Shown here piece by piece: positions 43,599-55,152 of a stretch of DNA of 64,000 nucleotides. The notes under the pieces are model-generated. The model was not told the origin of the DNA and ran no database searches. It saw nothing but the letters and a program-made list of their open reading frames with translations. The DNA comes from Opitutales bacterium. GTDB lineage: Bacteria > Verrucomicrobiota > Verrucomicrobiia > Opitutales > UBA2987. The position numbers and the translations under genes were made by a program. Each line of letters starts with the position of its first letter. Positions within the stretch are counted from its first letter, which is position 1. Location of the stretch: positions 672,001 through 736,000 of the forward strand of contig CBDDEL010000017.1 in the NCBI GenBank assembly GCA_965226885.1. The letters are read 5' to 3'.

Positions 43599-44362
43599 AG
43601 GAAGAAAAAAACCAGCTGCTGTTACACCATCACCTCAAGAAACTGAAGTTGCCCACCATCCTGCGCGAATGGCCGGCGGTGGCCGCGGCTTGTTCCCGGG
43701 ACCGGCTCGATTACGCCGCCTTTTTGTTGCATCTGGTCGAACGGGAGCTCATTGAACGCGAACAGCGGGCCGCCCAGCGGCGGATCAAAAACGCCCGTTT
43801 CCCCGTGCTCAAGACCCTCGAGAGCTTCGCCTTTGAAGCGCAGCCCTCGATCAACGAAGCGCTCATCCGAGAGCTCATGCGCGGGGAGTATGTCGACCAG
43901 CGCGAAAACGTGCTGCTCCTCGGTAACGCCGGTACCGGTAAAACGCACCTGGCCACCGCCCTGGGCTTTGCCGCCTGTGCCCAGGGCCGGCGGATCCGTT
44001 TCTTCGGGGTCACCGCCCTGGTTACCCATATGCTCGAGCAACGCGACAACCACGACCTGCAGCGCTTCATGAAGCAACTCGAAAGGCTCGACCTACTCAT
44101 CCTCGACGAACTCGGTTACGTCCCTTTTTCCAAGACCGGTTCCGAACTGCTCTTCGACGTGGTCAGCCGCGCTTACGAGCGCACCAGTCTCATCGTCACC
44201 ACCAACCTGCCCTTTGAGAACTGGATCGAAGTGCTCGGTTCCGAACGGCTCACCGGAGCTCTGCTGGACCGACTCACCCATCGGGTGCATATCCTCGAAG
44301 CCAACGGGCAAAGCTACCGCTTGCGCGATGCTCGACGCCGTCGCCGTGGCACAAAACAATAA
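43595..44362 (+). CDS. istB: IS21 helper ATPase
   Basis: Protein identical to 7195-7962. Confidence 0.95.
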   Translation: MKEEKNQLLLHHHLKKLKLPTILREWPAVAAACSRDRLDYAAFLLHLVERELIEREQRAAQRRIKNARFPVLKTLESFAFEAQPSINEALIRELMRGEYVDQRENVLLLGNAGTGKTHLATALGFAACAQGRRIRFFGVTALVTHMLEQRDNHDLQRFMKQLERLDLLILDELGYVPFSKTGSELLFDVVSRAYERTSLIVTTNLPFENWIEVLGSERLTGALLDRLTHRVHILEANGQSYRLRDARRRRRGTKQ

Positions 44363-44656
44363 ACGCCTTGGGCCCGGCTCGTCGGCCTCCGGCCTCCTCA
44401 CCGACCCCAAGCCAATCCCCAAAACCAACTCCCAAACCCTAAACCTTGACGTACCTGCAATTACTAACCTAAACCTTATTCCAAGCGTACCGGTTTTACC
44501 CCGACCCCCGTACCGGTTTCATCCCGGCGTTTACAGAATGTCTGAATTATATAAATTAATGTCGAATTTGTGATCGTTTTTGTGGTTGAAAGTAAACCGA
44601 CATTTGCTGACACTTAATCCACCTCAAAGGAGAACGAGAGTGTTTTTTAGGTTATT

Positions 44657-44666
44657 TGATATATCA
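44657..44666. promoter_or_regulatory. Palindrome TGATATATCA, candidate operator
   Basis: Upstream of the TonB receptor; identical copy at 53750-53759. Confidence 0.5.
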
Positions 44667-44793
44667 GAATAATTAAAAGCTTTCTTTGTCTTCCGGTTAA
44701 CTTAGCACTGAAAGAGAAGCCCCTATTTAGAAAAAATAGACGACAGGACCCGCACTGAGATTTTTTCCTAATGTAAATCTGAATCGTAAATAA

Positions 44794-47005
44794 ATGAACA
44801 ATGGAACAATGAAAAACTTATATTCACGAAACGTATTTATGCACGCGCACCCTGCATGCCTGTGTGCATTTGCCATAATGTTTGGTCTTGGCGGCCACTA
44901 TTCCCTAATTGCTCAGTCGGAAGATACCGACGAAGATAGTGACGTCAGTTTGATTACGCTTTCACCCTTTGAGGTAGTAGCTCAAAAAAACCGAGGTTAC
45001 CGCGCTAACCGGTGCCACCGGTGTCATGAGAACTGCTACCCCGTTGCTGAAAGTCCCCCAAACCGTTAATATTATTACCGAAGAACTCTTTGAAGACCTT
45101 CAGGCCTATTCGATTGGTGACGCTTTGTATTATTCTTCCAACATTAATCGGCGGTTGAACTCGGATGACGGCTTCAGGATACGTGGCTTCCGGGTGCTTC
45201 AACGGTTTCGCAACGGGTTTGAAGACCAGGCCGGCATACTGGTCGGAGCCAACACCAAGGATAGCGCCAGTATTTCGCGTGTTGAGATCATCAAAGGCAC
45301 CAATGCCGTTATGCTGCAAAATGCGGATCCAGGCGGCTCTGTGAACCGGATTACGAAAAAACCCTTGTTTGACGATAGATTATTAAAGACCACTTTCACG
45401 GTCGGAAGTGATAATCTGTTTCGTTTTCATGCTGATGCCGGCGGCCCCTTAAACGAAGCCGAATCACTAGCTTATCGGCTAAATGTAGCATTCACAGAGT
45501 GGGATCACTTCCAGAAGCATAAGGGTCCCAATGGAACGGATGCATTACCTTTACGTAGGTTCTTTGTGGCTCCTTCGTTTCAGTGGAAGATTAATAGTAA
45601 GATGAGCTTGTTACTGGACTTTGAATATGAAGATCAAGACCGCTTCAAAGAGATAAGAACCATTGGCTATCGTCCTGGTGACGGCAGCATTGTCTTTATT
45701 GGCGACAACGAGCAGAATTTCGCCCAACCGTGGGCGTTTAAGGAGGGGGAATCGTACGACGTTTTTGCCTCGCTCGACATTCAATTACTTGATAAATTGA
45801 ACTTCCGCCAACGCTTTGCTCATGGACGATATGAATACTTTGAAATGTTCGACCAGGCGAGAAGGTTGCAGGACGTTGACGGTGATGGTATCCCGGAAGA
45901 ATTGTCGCGGTTTGTTCGTTTTACCGACAGTTGGAACCGGTTTGTCGAATTGCAGGGCGATCTGGTGGCGGAACTCAGTGTCGGAGGGATCGTAAACACC
46001 TTTCTCTTCAATTATAACTGGAGAAACCTCGAATCGAAAAGCAGTGCAGGCAGGAATTTCGATGTTCCCAACGTGGTTTTTGATGATCCCAGCACATTCT
46101 TCGTCATTCCCCAGCCAAATCGGAATGAACTCGGCCCAGACAATTTTCCCGATAGACGATCCAATAATCCGCACGAAGACAACGAGCGCTGGTCCTGGAC
46201 CGTTCAGGACCAGTTCAGCTTCTGGGAAGGCCGCATTCATGGTGTGGCCGGCGTTCGGTTTGACAAGATTCAGGGCCAGGAGGGGACTACAAGTGCCCCC
46301 AGGTATGGGGTCGTCTTTCAGCCAAAACCAAACCTCTCTCTTTATTATTCGTTTGCCGACAGTGAACGGGCGCAACGCCGGGTACGGCCTGAAGACGGAG
46401 TTGTTCTTGACAAACCCATTAAAGGTTCCCAGCACGAAGCCGGCATCAAAGCGGAACTGTTCGAAGGCAAAATGTCGGCGAGCTTCGCCTACTATATTAT
46501 TGTCCGCGAAAATCTTATCCTAGGCGTCCTTCAGCCTGACGGCACACAACTATTGGAGCATGCAGGGGAACAGACATCTGAAGGAATCGAATTCGAGCTA
46601 AACGGCTTGATTACCGACAACTGGCAATTTCTTCTTTCGGCGGGAACAGCGGATACGAATGACAAAAGCACGGCCACAACCAAGGCGCTTCGGGGGACGA
46701 TGGATTATCGTGTCTCCTTGTGGACCGTTTACGATGTAACAGAAGGGCCGCTTGAGGGTTTGTCTATTGGAGGTGGCTGGATTTTCAATGGAGAAATGGT
46801 TGGAGATCGCGAGGGTAGTTACCACGTTCCTGCGACCAATGTTGGTGAATTGCGGTTGGGCTACCGCTTCAATGACCGCTATAGAATATCGTTGAATGTG
46901 AAAAATATCACTGACAATGACTGGTGGGAGGATTCGCTCGGTGACGTCTTTATGTCAGCGGGAACACCCAGAGCCTACCAGTTAGCATTTACAGTTGACT
47001 GGTAA
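44794..47005 (+). pseudogene. TonB-dependent receptor with a +1 frameshift near 45007
   Basis: Signal peptide, LSPFEV..GYRA | TGATGVMRTATPL..VPQ, RVEIIKG, PGGSVNRITKKP, LNVKNITD, terminal W; the frameshift could be a sequencing error. Confidence 0.85.
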
Positions 47006-47194
47006 GTGATAAAATTTAGTATATGCCGTAATACCGACTTCTTGTCCGTGCCGACACAAAACTCGAAGAAGCATGAAAGCTGGCCTCGCGCTCTTTCTTT
47101 AGCCAAGTCTACCGGAGATTTAAAGACCCGAAATTCTTCAATCCTCCGGTAGCGTTTTCGGGACGTGCATTGCTCTTGCTCAAGAATCCAAACC

Positions 47195-47240
47195 CGCTTA
47201 GTAGCCCGCTTATTTCGGAAAATAAGCGGGCTACTAAGCG
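47195..47240. repeat. Perfect 21-bp inverted repeat, REP-like
   Basis: CGCTTAGTAGCCCGCTTATTT-CGGA-AAATAAGCGGGCTACTAAGCG. Confidence 0.8.
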
Positions 47241-47525
47241 AAACCGATTCCATGACAACCTCAACAACCTGCACAACCTTACCCACCCCCCTAAATTAAA
47301 AACAACCCCATTTTGGGGCAAAATACCCTTAACGCCAACAAACTCGATGAGAAAATATTCTACCTTCTGTTTTCAACTTCTTGAAGTTGGTCGTTTTTAG
47401 AGTTGACGTCGGAGGCATGGGTATCGGAGACCGCAAAAGTATTAGAATTACCCCTTTTCGGTTTCCCTATGGGGTTAATAATTCAGCATAGGGATTGAAC
47501 AACGTTCCAAGGTCCGCGATGTACG

Positions 47526-47696
47526 GGAGATATCCTCTTTGGCGATATCGATGGGGTCTGCGTTGTTCCGAGTGCAGAAGTAGAGGAGGTTTTTAATAAA
47601 GCACTAGAAAAAGCACGCGGCGAAAAAATAGTCAGGAAGGCGATTGAATCCGGGATGTCCGCCGCAGATGCCTTTCGTAAGTTTGGGATCATGTAG
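47526..47696 (+). pseudogene. C-terminal remnant of an RraA/HMG-aldolase family protein
   Basis: GDILFGDIDGVCVVP..ALEKARGEKIVRKAIESGMSAADAFRKFGIM*; upstream part degenerate. Confidence 0.7.
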
Positions 47697-47756
47697 AATG
47701 ATTCTTTGTCCTCAGCGACAGCTTCCGGTGTATTGGCGGTTTTTTTTAAACTGCCT

Positions 47757-48547
47757 TCAAGTCGAATCTTCCCGCAGCGCCGCCAGTCCTTCGGTGCAGG
47801 CGGTGGTGAGCATAGTGATGTCGAGGCTGTAAGCGAGTAACCGATAACCCTCGGCCATGCGGGCCTTAGCCTGCGCCGGGATGGGCGGGACGATGTGGAT
47901 ACCGGGCGTTACGTTGTGCCTCTGGCATGCGCCAAGGATGGCATCGCGTGCAGCGAGGTAGTCCGGGTGGTCGAACTGCCCGGTGACCCCCATCGAGGCG
48001 GTGAGGTCGTAGGGGCCGATGAAGGCGGCATCGATGCCCGGCACGCTAAGGATGGCTTCGATATTGCGCACCGCCTCGATATGCTCGATCTGCACCACAA
48101 GTAGAATTTCATCGTTGGCCCGCGAGCATTCGTCAGCCAGGCGCAAGCCGTAAGCGTTTGCCCGGCAAAACCCACCCCACGCAGTCCCTGTGGGGGATAC
48201 TTGGTGGCTTGCACCAGCAACATTGCCTCCTCCCGGGTCCGCACCATCGGGGCCACCACTCCGTTTGCGCCGGCATCGAGGTAGCGTTTGGCAAAGGCGT
48301 AATCTACCCCATGCAGGCGCACCATAGCCGCGCAATCCTGGCGGCCAGAGCGGATGGCCTGAAAAAGCTGCTGCGTCTGCGGCAAATCAACTGCCGAGTG
48401 CTCGACATCGACGCAAAGGAAGTCAAAACCGCATGTAGCCATAATTTCAGCAATTATAGGGCTTCCGCTATTGATCCAACTGCCGATTATGGTCTCACCC
48501 TCGCGCAGGCGTTGACGCAGGGATGGAATAGTTTTCGATTCAATCAT
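47757..48547 (-). pseudogene. HpcH/HpaI-family aldolase, frameshifted in a T-run near 48168
   Basis: FDFLCVDVEHS, YPPQGLRGVGF | CRANAYG, VQIEH, FIGPYDL. Confidence 0.85.
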
Positions 48548-49662
48548 AATTGTAATGGTTATAGCCGAGATTTCCCATATGAACATTCGTAATCGTTGAA
48601 AATAACTACTTTCTAATATTTCGATCCAATTATCTACTTTCATTGTGATTTGGCAATCCATTCCTTCGTTATTTGATGATCAAATCGGTAGTATTTAACA
48701 ATTATTGCTGATTTTCCTTTTGTTCGGTCAAACATGGGAAAGGTCTTTCCTTCTGTTGGAGGTTTCCACAGCACTGGTTCCTTTTGTATCGAAAAATCTT
48801 CTTACTCACCCCGTATCAGGTGCGAGTCGCAGTCGCTCTACTCGCTTCAGCATGGTTCGAAACATTTCTCTTGGGATGGCCACCTCAGCCATCTGGAAAG
48901 TGATATACTTGGCATGGTGGATCACCTTTGCTCCGATTTTGATGAGTTTCTCCCGTAGAGAGCTCAGCATCCAGTGCTTCACCTTGCCGGGAAGAATCAA
49001 CCGGCGCATGAAGTTACTCAGATTGTAGGCTAAGCCGAAGAGCTGAAGCCGAACGGCGTTGTCCTCAAAGTCATGGCAGGACAAGCGGGTCCAGTGAATG
49101 GCATGTTTGCCCTCTTTGATCCACTGCTCTGCGGTGCCCCGGTGGTTGTAAAATTTCACTACCTTCTTGGGTGGCCAGTTCAGATTTGTCACGATGAAAC
49201 CGACCCGCGCAAATAACTCTCCGGCGTGCCACTCGACCTTGGCCACCACCCGGCAAGCTCTCTGCCAACTGGCGGCTTGATATGGAAAACTCGCATAAAA
49301 CACCTTGGGTGCCCGCGAGGGTCACCCCACCGGGCGAGTGAGTAAAGGGGCGATATGTTTTTGTAAAATCGTGTTGCTCTGCAGCCGAATGGCATAGGAG
49401 AAGTTCTCTTGCTCAAGGTAACCGTAGAGGTCCGGATTGGCGAAGGCGGCGTCACCTCGGAAAAATCGTTTCAGGGGACGCTCACGATAGCGGGCAACGA
49501 CCGGTTGGAGCACCGACCACCAATCGTCGGCACTGTGCACGTAGCCTTTACGCAGGTTGGCCCGTTCCAAATCACCAAACTGGTTGAAGCAGAACAGGGG
49601 ATGGAAAGCAGGTGCAGCCGAAATAACCGTTAAAGGCCGAGCCTTCCTGCTTCCCGTAAGTA

Positions 49663-51486
49663 GAGGCTGTCCCAAAAATATAAAGATTTTGTAGTCAACT
49701 GGATGACGTTTATAAAAATAGCCGGAAAGAGCATTTTTTTGCTCGATCCGGCTAAAAAAGGGTTCTATAATTGCGTTAGCGAAAATCAATATAGCCCTTT
49801 CTATGAAAAATATAGCCATCCAATGCCTCCTGCGTCCAGCTTTAACTGTGGTCGACCGTTGCCTCGATTACGATAACTTTCGCGCCACCATCGAGCGTAT
49901 CGACCGGCTGCTGATCGATTCGGAGGTGGAATCGCAGGGCGTTGATCTGGCCTTGGAAAGAGGCCAGCCAATGAGGGTAAAGGCCCGGCAAAAGCGGGCT
50001 AATTTTGCCCTCAAGGCGTTGCGTATGGAAACGCTGCGTTATCTGCTCGGTGGGATTTCGTTTCGGCATTTGTCGAGGGCTCTGGGCAGCAGCGATCTGT
50101 TGGCTGACTTTTGTCGTGTCCGCCATATCGACGGCATAAGGGGCATCTCCAAGAGCACCCTGGAACGGGCCTCGAAGTTTTTCAGCGAAGAGCAGTTGAG
50201 GGCCTTGCACCGGACCTTGACTGAGGTTGTGGGCGATGCCGATCTGGCCCGGCAGGTGGTGGGATTGGACAAGCCGATAGACACCACCATTTGCCTGATC
50301 GACGGCACCTGTTTGGAGGTCAACATTCATTGGCCGACGGACTGGGTGCTGCTCAAGGATGTAGCGGGCACGCTGCTCAAAGCGATCCGGCTGATCCGTG
50401 AGAAGGCCGGTTTGCGCCATCGCATGCCGATCGAACCGGAGCCCTTGGCTCGGCAGATGAATCGGCTGTGCATACAGATGACCCACAGCCGGCGGCGAAA
50501 GGACAGCGCGCGGCAACGCAAGGGTATCTTGAGGCAGATGAAAAAGCTGCTCAAACGGATCGGGGAGCATGCCCGCAGTCACCGGGAATTATTGCAAGCC
50601 TGCTGGGAGCAAAGCGATTACAGCGAAAAACAGGTCCAACAGATCCTTACCCGGATGGAGCGCATGAGCGAGCTAATCCCGGTGGTCATCAAGCAAGCGC
50701 ACGAGCGAATCATTGGCGGCCGCCAGGTGAAAAACGCAGAGAAAGTTTTGAGTGTTTACGAACCCGATGCGCAGGTGATTGTGCGAGGCAAAGCGGGCCA
50801 AGAGGTTGAGTTTGGCAACACCCTGTTTTTGGGTGAAAGCGTTGAAGGATACCTGCTGGACTGGAAACTCTACGGCAGCCGGACGCCAAGCGAAAATGAA
50901 CAAATGCAAGAGAGTTTGCAAAGACAGAACCGCTTCAACCTAGCCGAACCCATAGCGGCCATGTGCGCGGACCGGGGATTCGCCTCCCAGCGGGCCCGCC
51001 GGCAGTTAGCCCAGGAGGGCATCTACGATGCGCTCTGTCCACGCGATCCGAAGCAGTTGAAAAAACGGATGGAGGAACCACACTTCAGGCAATTGCAAAA
51101 GCGCCGGGCCAGCACCGAAGGGCGGATCGGGGTATTGAAGAATCGCTGGCAGGCCGGGCGATTGCGCAGCAAAGGCTTTGCCAACCGCTCGATCAGCGTA
51201 GCCTGGTCGGTCCTCTCGCACAATCTATGGAAAGTGGCCAAGATGCTGGCCCAGCAAGATGAACTAAAAACCAAAGCGGCGGCCTAAATAAAGAGCGGAA
51301 AAGCAAGGACAATACTTTTTCACAGGCCTACTGTCGGCCCATACAAAGAAAACCAGGCAAACGGACCCCAAAACCAGAATCCTAACGTTATAGGAGAGCA
51401 AAGTCACCCCCTCCCAAAAGAAAATACCACTAAAATGAACACTCTTCAAAATCCCCTCGCAAAAATCACCCTTTTGGGACAGCCTC
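49663..51486 (+). mobile_element. ISNCY/IS5-like element, copy 1 (1824 bp)
   Basis: IRs GAGGCTGTCCCAAAA; TSD TAAGTA (49657-49662, 51487-51492). Confidence 0.92.
49803..51287 (+). CDS. DDE transposase (ISNCY/IS5-like)
   Basis: DGTCLEVNIHWPTD, RGKAGQEVEFG, ADRGF, RRASTEGRIGVLK. Confidence 0.9.
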   Translation: MKNIAIQCLLRPALTVVDRCLDYDNFRATIERIDRLLIDSEVESQGVDLALERGQPMRVKARQKRANFALKALRMETLRYLLGGISFRHLSRALGSSDLLADFCRVRHIDGIRGISKSTLERASKFFSEEQLRALHRTLTEVVGDADLARQVVGLDKPIDTTICLIDGTCLEVNIHWPTDWVLLKDVAGTLLKAIRLIREKAGLRHRMPIEPEPLARQMNRLCIQMTHSRRRKDSARQRKGILRQMKKLLKRIGEHARSHRELLQACWEQSDYSEKQVQQILTRMERMSELIPVVIKQAHERIIGGRQVKNAEKVLSVYEPDAQVIVRGKAGQEVEFGNTLFLGESVEGYLLDWKLYGSRTPSENEQMQESLQRQNRFNLAEPIAAMCADRGFASQRARRQLAQEGIYDALCPRDPKQLKKRMEEPHFRQLQKRRASTEGRIGVLKNRWQAGRLRSKGFANRSISVAWSVLSHNLWKVAKMLAQQDELKTKAAA

Positions 51487-52169
51487 TAAGTAGGGCTTTC
51501 CGAACTATCCATATCGAGAATCAGTTTCTTCATCCCCACTCGCCTATTCACCTAGTCAATCCATTGGCCGCTCATGTCCGTCAGTGCGTTCAGATTCTCA
51601 GGCTTGGTTAACATCTGTGTTTCAAAGCGGCTCATTTCACTGGTCGAAGCCGCTGGTTGCCAATCGGTACGATCCCCGACAATCTGCCTCATGACCGGAT
51701 CAAAACGCAGGCGCTCCGCATCGTTCGTGTCTTGTAGCCTGCCAGGCGACTGAAGACAAACTGCCGAAGCAGAGCCGCTATACCATGCTGGATATTTTTG
51801 CCCGTGCGCTCCTCCACCACATTTTTGCTTCCTATTGCAGTCAGCCCGAAAGCCTCATCGAGTTCCGGTAGAGTAACAATCCTGCATCACTGGTAACCTT
51901 CGCACCGTGGAACTCCAACTTGATTCGGCGGTTAAATTGAACCCGAAAACAGCCCTTTTCTGCGTCACCCATTGGATTTTAAGAATTTGCTCGCTATAGG
52001 TTCTTTAATTAACTTATTATTAAACACATAGCGATTTTATCAAGCAAATTCTCTTATGATGAAATGGAAAATATGGGCTTGAATAAGAAACACAATGGCT
52101 TCAAGATAGAATTGAAACTTTCAAAGAGGTGAATATGGTTGCATTTATCCTGCCAGATATATTTAATAT

Positions 52170-53479
52170 CACTAGTGTCCAGTTAAAAGCCCTTGAGCAT
52201 CAACTGGTTGTGTAATGCTAAGTTTGGCTTTCTTGTTTCGAACTTTGCAAGTAGTTGATATACAGGATCTTTTTGAAAGACGTTCACACTCAAAACTTGC
52301 AGAATCCGACTCAGACTTTCAGTGAGTCCATGCACTTTTTTCAAACAGGCGACCATGAGATAAACGCATATGGCTACCCAAATTTGGGTCTTCACGGCGT
52401 TTTCGGTGGTGCCGTAGAAAGCCTTGATGCGGAGGTTTTGCTTGATCCACTTAAAGAACAGCTCAATGCGCCAGCGGCTTTTGTAAATGGCCGCGATAGT
52501 CAAGGCGGGCAAGGTGAAGTTGTTGGTGAGGAAGACCAGCCTCTGGCCAGTTGCGCCATCGCGGTAGCGAATGCGCCGGAGCTTGCCGGGGTATTGGTTT
52601 TTGCTTTTGGCGACTTTCAATCCGATGATCTGGTCGCAACTGATTCCGCTGGATCGGTCCACGGGTTGGGAAGCACTAACGTAAAAACTCATATTGCTTT
52701 TGGCGCGGGTGACGAAGAAGGCAGCAGCCAAATGGATGCGAAAGAGCCGCTGAAAATCGACGTAACCACGATCCATTACGTAAATGCTTGCGGGTTCAAA
52801 AGCCAGTTCATCAAGGATGTTCACGTCATGCACGCTTGCGTCTGTAATACTGATGAATATAGGGATGGAGCCACGCAAGTCCATCATCGTATGCAGTTTG
52901 ATGGCCGCCTTGGTGCGGCGAAATGTTGCCCACGAAAACAACGACAGGCACAGGTCTATGGTCGAGGCATCCAGGGCATAAACCATCTCGTCTACATTCA
53001 TTCCAATCGCGTCTTGGGCATACAAACGGCGCGCCTTGGCGATGAGCACTTGAGCCAATGCTTCGTAAAGGCGCCAGTTGCGATGCTCGTTGGCGTAGGC
53101 CAAGTTCGTGCGTGTCACATTGCCCCGGATTCCCATCGCATACAAGTGAGGACTTTCCCGCAGACACGCCTCGATGTCACGCAAACTCTCACGGAATGTC
53201 ATTTGCGCAAAGGCCATGCTCAAGAACTGATCACGGGCACTGAAACTACGACTGGTTCTTGGCATGGGATAAAGACTAACGCAGCGTTCGAACTGTTCGC
53301 GATGGAGCAAATCCATCGCCTGCGTGAATACAAGGCGGCCTTCGTTCATGCTGCCCAGTCTCAAAAAGGGTGCGGAAAGCGCCAGCTAACTTCAAATGCG
53401 TCACATCCATGTGGCTACTCAACAAACACATCATCAACGAAATACGACTTTAGACTGGCCGCTTAACTGGACACTAGTG
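52170..53479 (-). mobile_element. IS4-family element
   Basis: Perfect 17-bp IR CACTAGTGTCCAGTTAA; 9-bp TSD ATTTAATAT / ATTTGATAT (one mismatch). Confidence 0.92.
52183..53349 (-). CDS. IS4 transposase (DUF4372-type N-terminus)
   Basis: FAQMTFRESLRDIE, LDASTIDL, MDRGY, YKSRWRIELFFKWIKQ (YREK). Confidence 0.93.
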   Translation of the reverse strand: MNEGRLVFTQAMDLLHREQFERCVSLYPMPRTSRSFSARDQFLSMAFAQMTFRESLRDIEACLRESPHLYAMGIRGNVTRTNLAYANEHRNWRLYEALAQVLIAKARRLYAQDAIGMNVDEMVYALDASTIDLCLSLFSWATFRRTKAAIKLHTMMDLRGSIPIFISITDASVHDVNILDELAFEPASIYVMDRGYVDFQRLFRIHLAAAFFVTRAKSNMSFYVSASQPVDRSSGISCDQIIGLKVAKSKNQYPGKLRRIRYRDGATGQRLVFLTNNFTLPALTIAAIYKSRWRIELFFKWIKQNLRIKAFYGTTENAVKTQIWVAICVYLMVACLKKVHGLTESLSRILQVLSVNVFQKDPVYQLLAKFETRKPNLALHNQLMLKGF

Positions 53480-53749
53480 ATTTGATATAGCAAATATTAA
53501 AATGAAAATCTGTGCGGTAAAGACGTTCCTTGATCTCCAACCCCAATTCATAACGTACCCTCCGACCCTATTACTCTTCCGACCTCGAGCTCGCCCGCTT
53601 CTGCAATGAACATTTTTACCATGGCCTTGGAGACGTTGTATTCGGTCATTTTGGTATTTCGTAGCCAGAATCTAATTCGTCCTTCGAAATCTCCGGTCTC
53701 CTTCGCCATCCCGCTAAAGACAAAGAAAGTTTTTCCCAGTCAACATTTT

Positions 53750-53759
53750 TGATATATCA
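53750..53759. promoter_or_regulatory. Palindrome TGATATATCA, candidate operator
   Basis: 36 bp upstream of the sulfatase ATG; identical to 44657-44666. Confidence 0.5.
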
Positions 53760-53795
53760 TATATTTTAAAGCTCTTATTCCCTTCATTTACAAGT

Positions 53796-55151
53796 ATGAA
53801 TCATCCGAACATCATCTTAATCCTAACCGATCACTTCCGGCGCAGCGCGCTGGGGTCCAGCACGCCGAATCTGATGAAGTTGGCAGAGGAGGGGATCCGC
53901 TTCACAAATGCCTATTGCGCCTCGCCGTTGTGCATGCCTTCGCGCAATTGCATCATGAGCGGATTGCACAATTCGCAGACTGGCATCTGTGGCAACCAGA
54001 CGGAACCACTGGATGAATTCCTTCGCCACGATACCTTCATGCATCACCTACAAAGGACCGGTTACTACACGGCGATGATCGGCAAGCATCATTACATCGA
54101 TTCTTACGGCCTGGGCGTCGACACGTGCGAAAATAACGGCCTGATCGCGGATTACGGGTTTGATCACGTCTTCCAGGTTCAGGACGATGCCGAGAACGGG
54201 CACAACGACGACGAATACACACATTACCTGAAGGGGAAGGGAAAGCTGAAGGAATTCCGAGAAGCGCTGAAAAAAGGCGGCTACCGGCATCCCTTTGATG
54301 ATCCTGACGAAACCGCGGAAGGGTTTATCGGGCGCCACGGCATCGACTTCGTCGAGCATTACAACGGTGATAAACCATTTTACCTGAACCTATCCTTTAT
54401 CGGTCCGCATCCTCCCTTTTGGCATCCCGGAGAGTTAAAACACAAACCGAAGGATATGCCGGCACCGCTGGGCCGCGAAGACACGGAAGAAGAACGTATT
54501 CGGCGAGCACACTACATGGATAAATGTTCCTTGATTGATAGTTATATGGGGACCCTGATTCAGGTGCTCAAAGACCGTAACCTGGCTGAGAACACAGTTG
54601 TTATATTCACCTCCGATCACGGGGAAAACCTGGGAGATTTCGGCATCTGGGAAAAACGATTCTTTTACGAACAAAGTGTGGGCGTGCCCTTCATCATGGC
54701 GGGTCCGGGTATCGCAAAAGAAGAACGCATGAACGGCCCACGCGTGAGCAAGTGCCTCCTTTCCCACCTTGATCTCTATCCTACCCTTCTCCACCTGGCC
54801 AGATGCGATATGCCGAAGTCCCGCATCCGTTCGGGACGCAACATCCTCGCGGCGATGGGAAGTGATTCGTCCACGGGAATCCATCGTGAGATAATCTCGG
54901 AACTCGGCACCGCGGTCATGATCCGCACCGGCAACTGGAAGCTTGTCTACGACCCCCAGGCGGGTGGCGTGCAGCACCTCTACAACCTCGTCAATGATCC
55001 CCACGAGTTGAGTAACCTCACCGGTGTCGCGGGATACGAACGCATCACTGCCGAACTGATGGAAAAGCTCCTCGCCGACCGCATCCGCCTGCACCAGTAC
55101 ACACACGCCAAAGAAGAGCAGCGGGTGCAAAGAGTACAAGTCGATTTCTAG
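53796..55151 (+). CDS. Cys-type formylglycine-dependent sulfatase
   Basis: PNIILILTD, CMPSR (CxPxR), GKHH, PHPP, FTSDHG; no signal peptide. Confidence 0.93.
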   Translation: MNHPNIILILTDHFRRSALGSSTPNLMKLAEEGIRFTNAYCASPLCMPSRNCIMSGLHNSQTGICGNQTEPLDEFLRHDTFMHHLQRTGYYTAMIGKHHYIDSYGLGVDTCENNGLIADYGFDHVFQVQDDAENGHNDDEYTHYLKGKGKLKEFREALKKGGYRHPFDDPDETAEGFIGRHGIDFVEHYNGDKPFYLNLSFIGPHPPFWHPGELKHKPKDMPAPLGREDTEEERIRRAHYMDKCSLIDSYMGTLIQVLKDRNLAENTVVIFTSDHGENLGDFGIWEKRFFYEQSVGVPFIMAGPGIAKEERMNGPRVSKCLLSHLDLYPTLLHLARCDMPKSRIRSGRNILAAMGSDSSTGIHREIISELGTAVMIRTGNWKLVYDPQAGGVQHLYNLVNDPHELSNLTGVAGYERITAELMEKLLADRIRLHQYTHAKEEQRVQRVQVDF

Positions 55152-55152
55152 T

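Larger units (their letters stand above)
42019..44535 (+). mobile_element. IS21-family element, copy 2 (same length and proteins as copy 1), no TSD
   Basis: Same ends as 5619-8135; flanks CCGAAC and GAATGT do not match. Confidence 0.95.
48565..52077 (-). mobile_element. Degenerate IS1380-family element type B (transposase 51972 to 48806, frameshifted), interrupted by an ISNCY-like element
   Basis: MGDAEKG..TSDAGLL, ILDMDSSESPTYG split at TAAGTA, RGDAAFA, RGTAEQWIKEGK; imperfect IRs CCGAGATTTCCCAT / ATGGAAAATATGGG. Confidence 0.8.

Noticed and set aside
5619..44535. Composite transposon bounded by the two IS21 copies
   Set aside because: Copy 1 has its own TSD, outer flanks do not match, and the interval holds core genes
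49322..49819. 165-aa ORF as a standalone gene
   Set aside because: Chimera of the ISNCY-like left end and a fragment of the broken IS1380 transposase
52255..53466. 403-aa plus-strand ORF
   Set aside because: Antisense shadow of the IS4 transposase with no recognisable motifs
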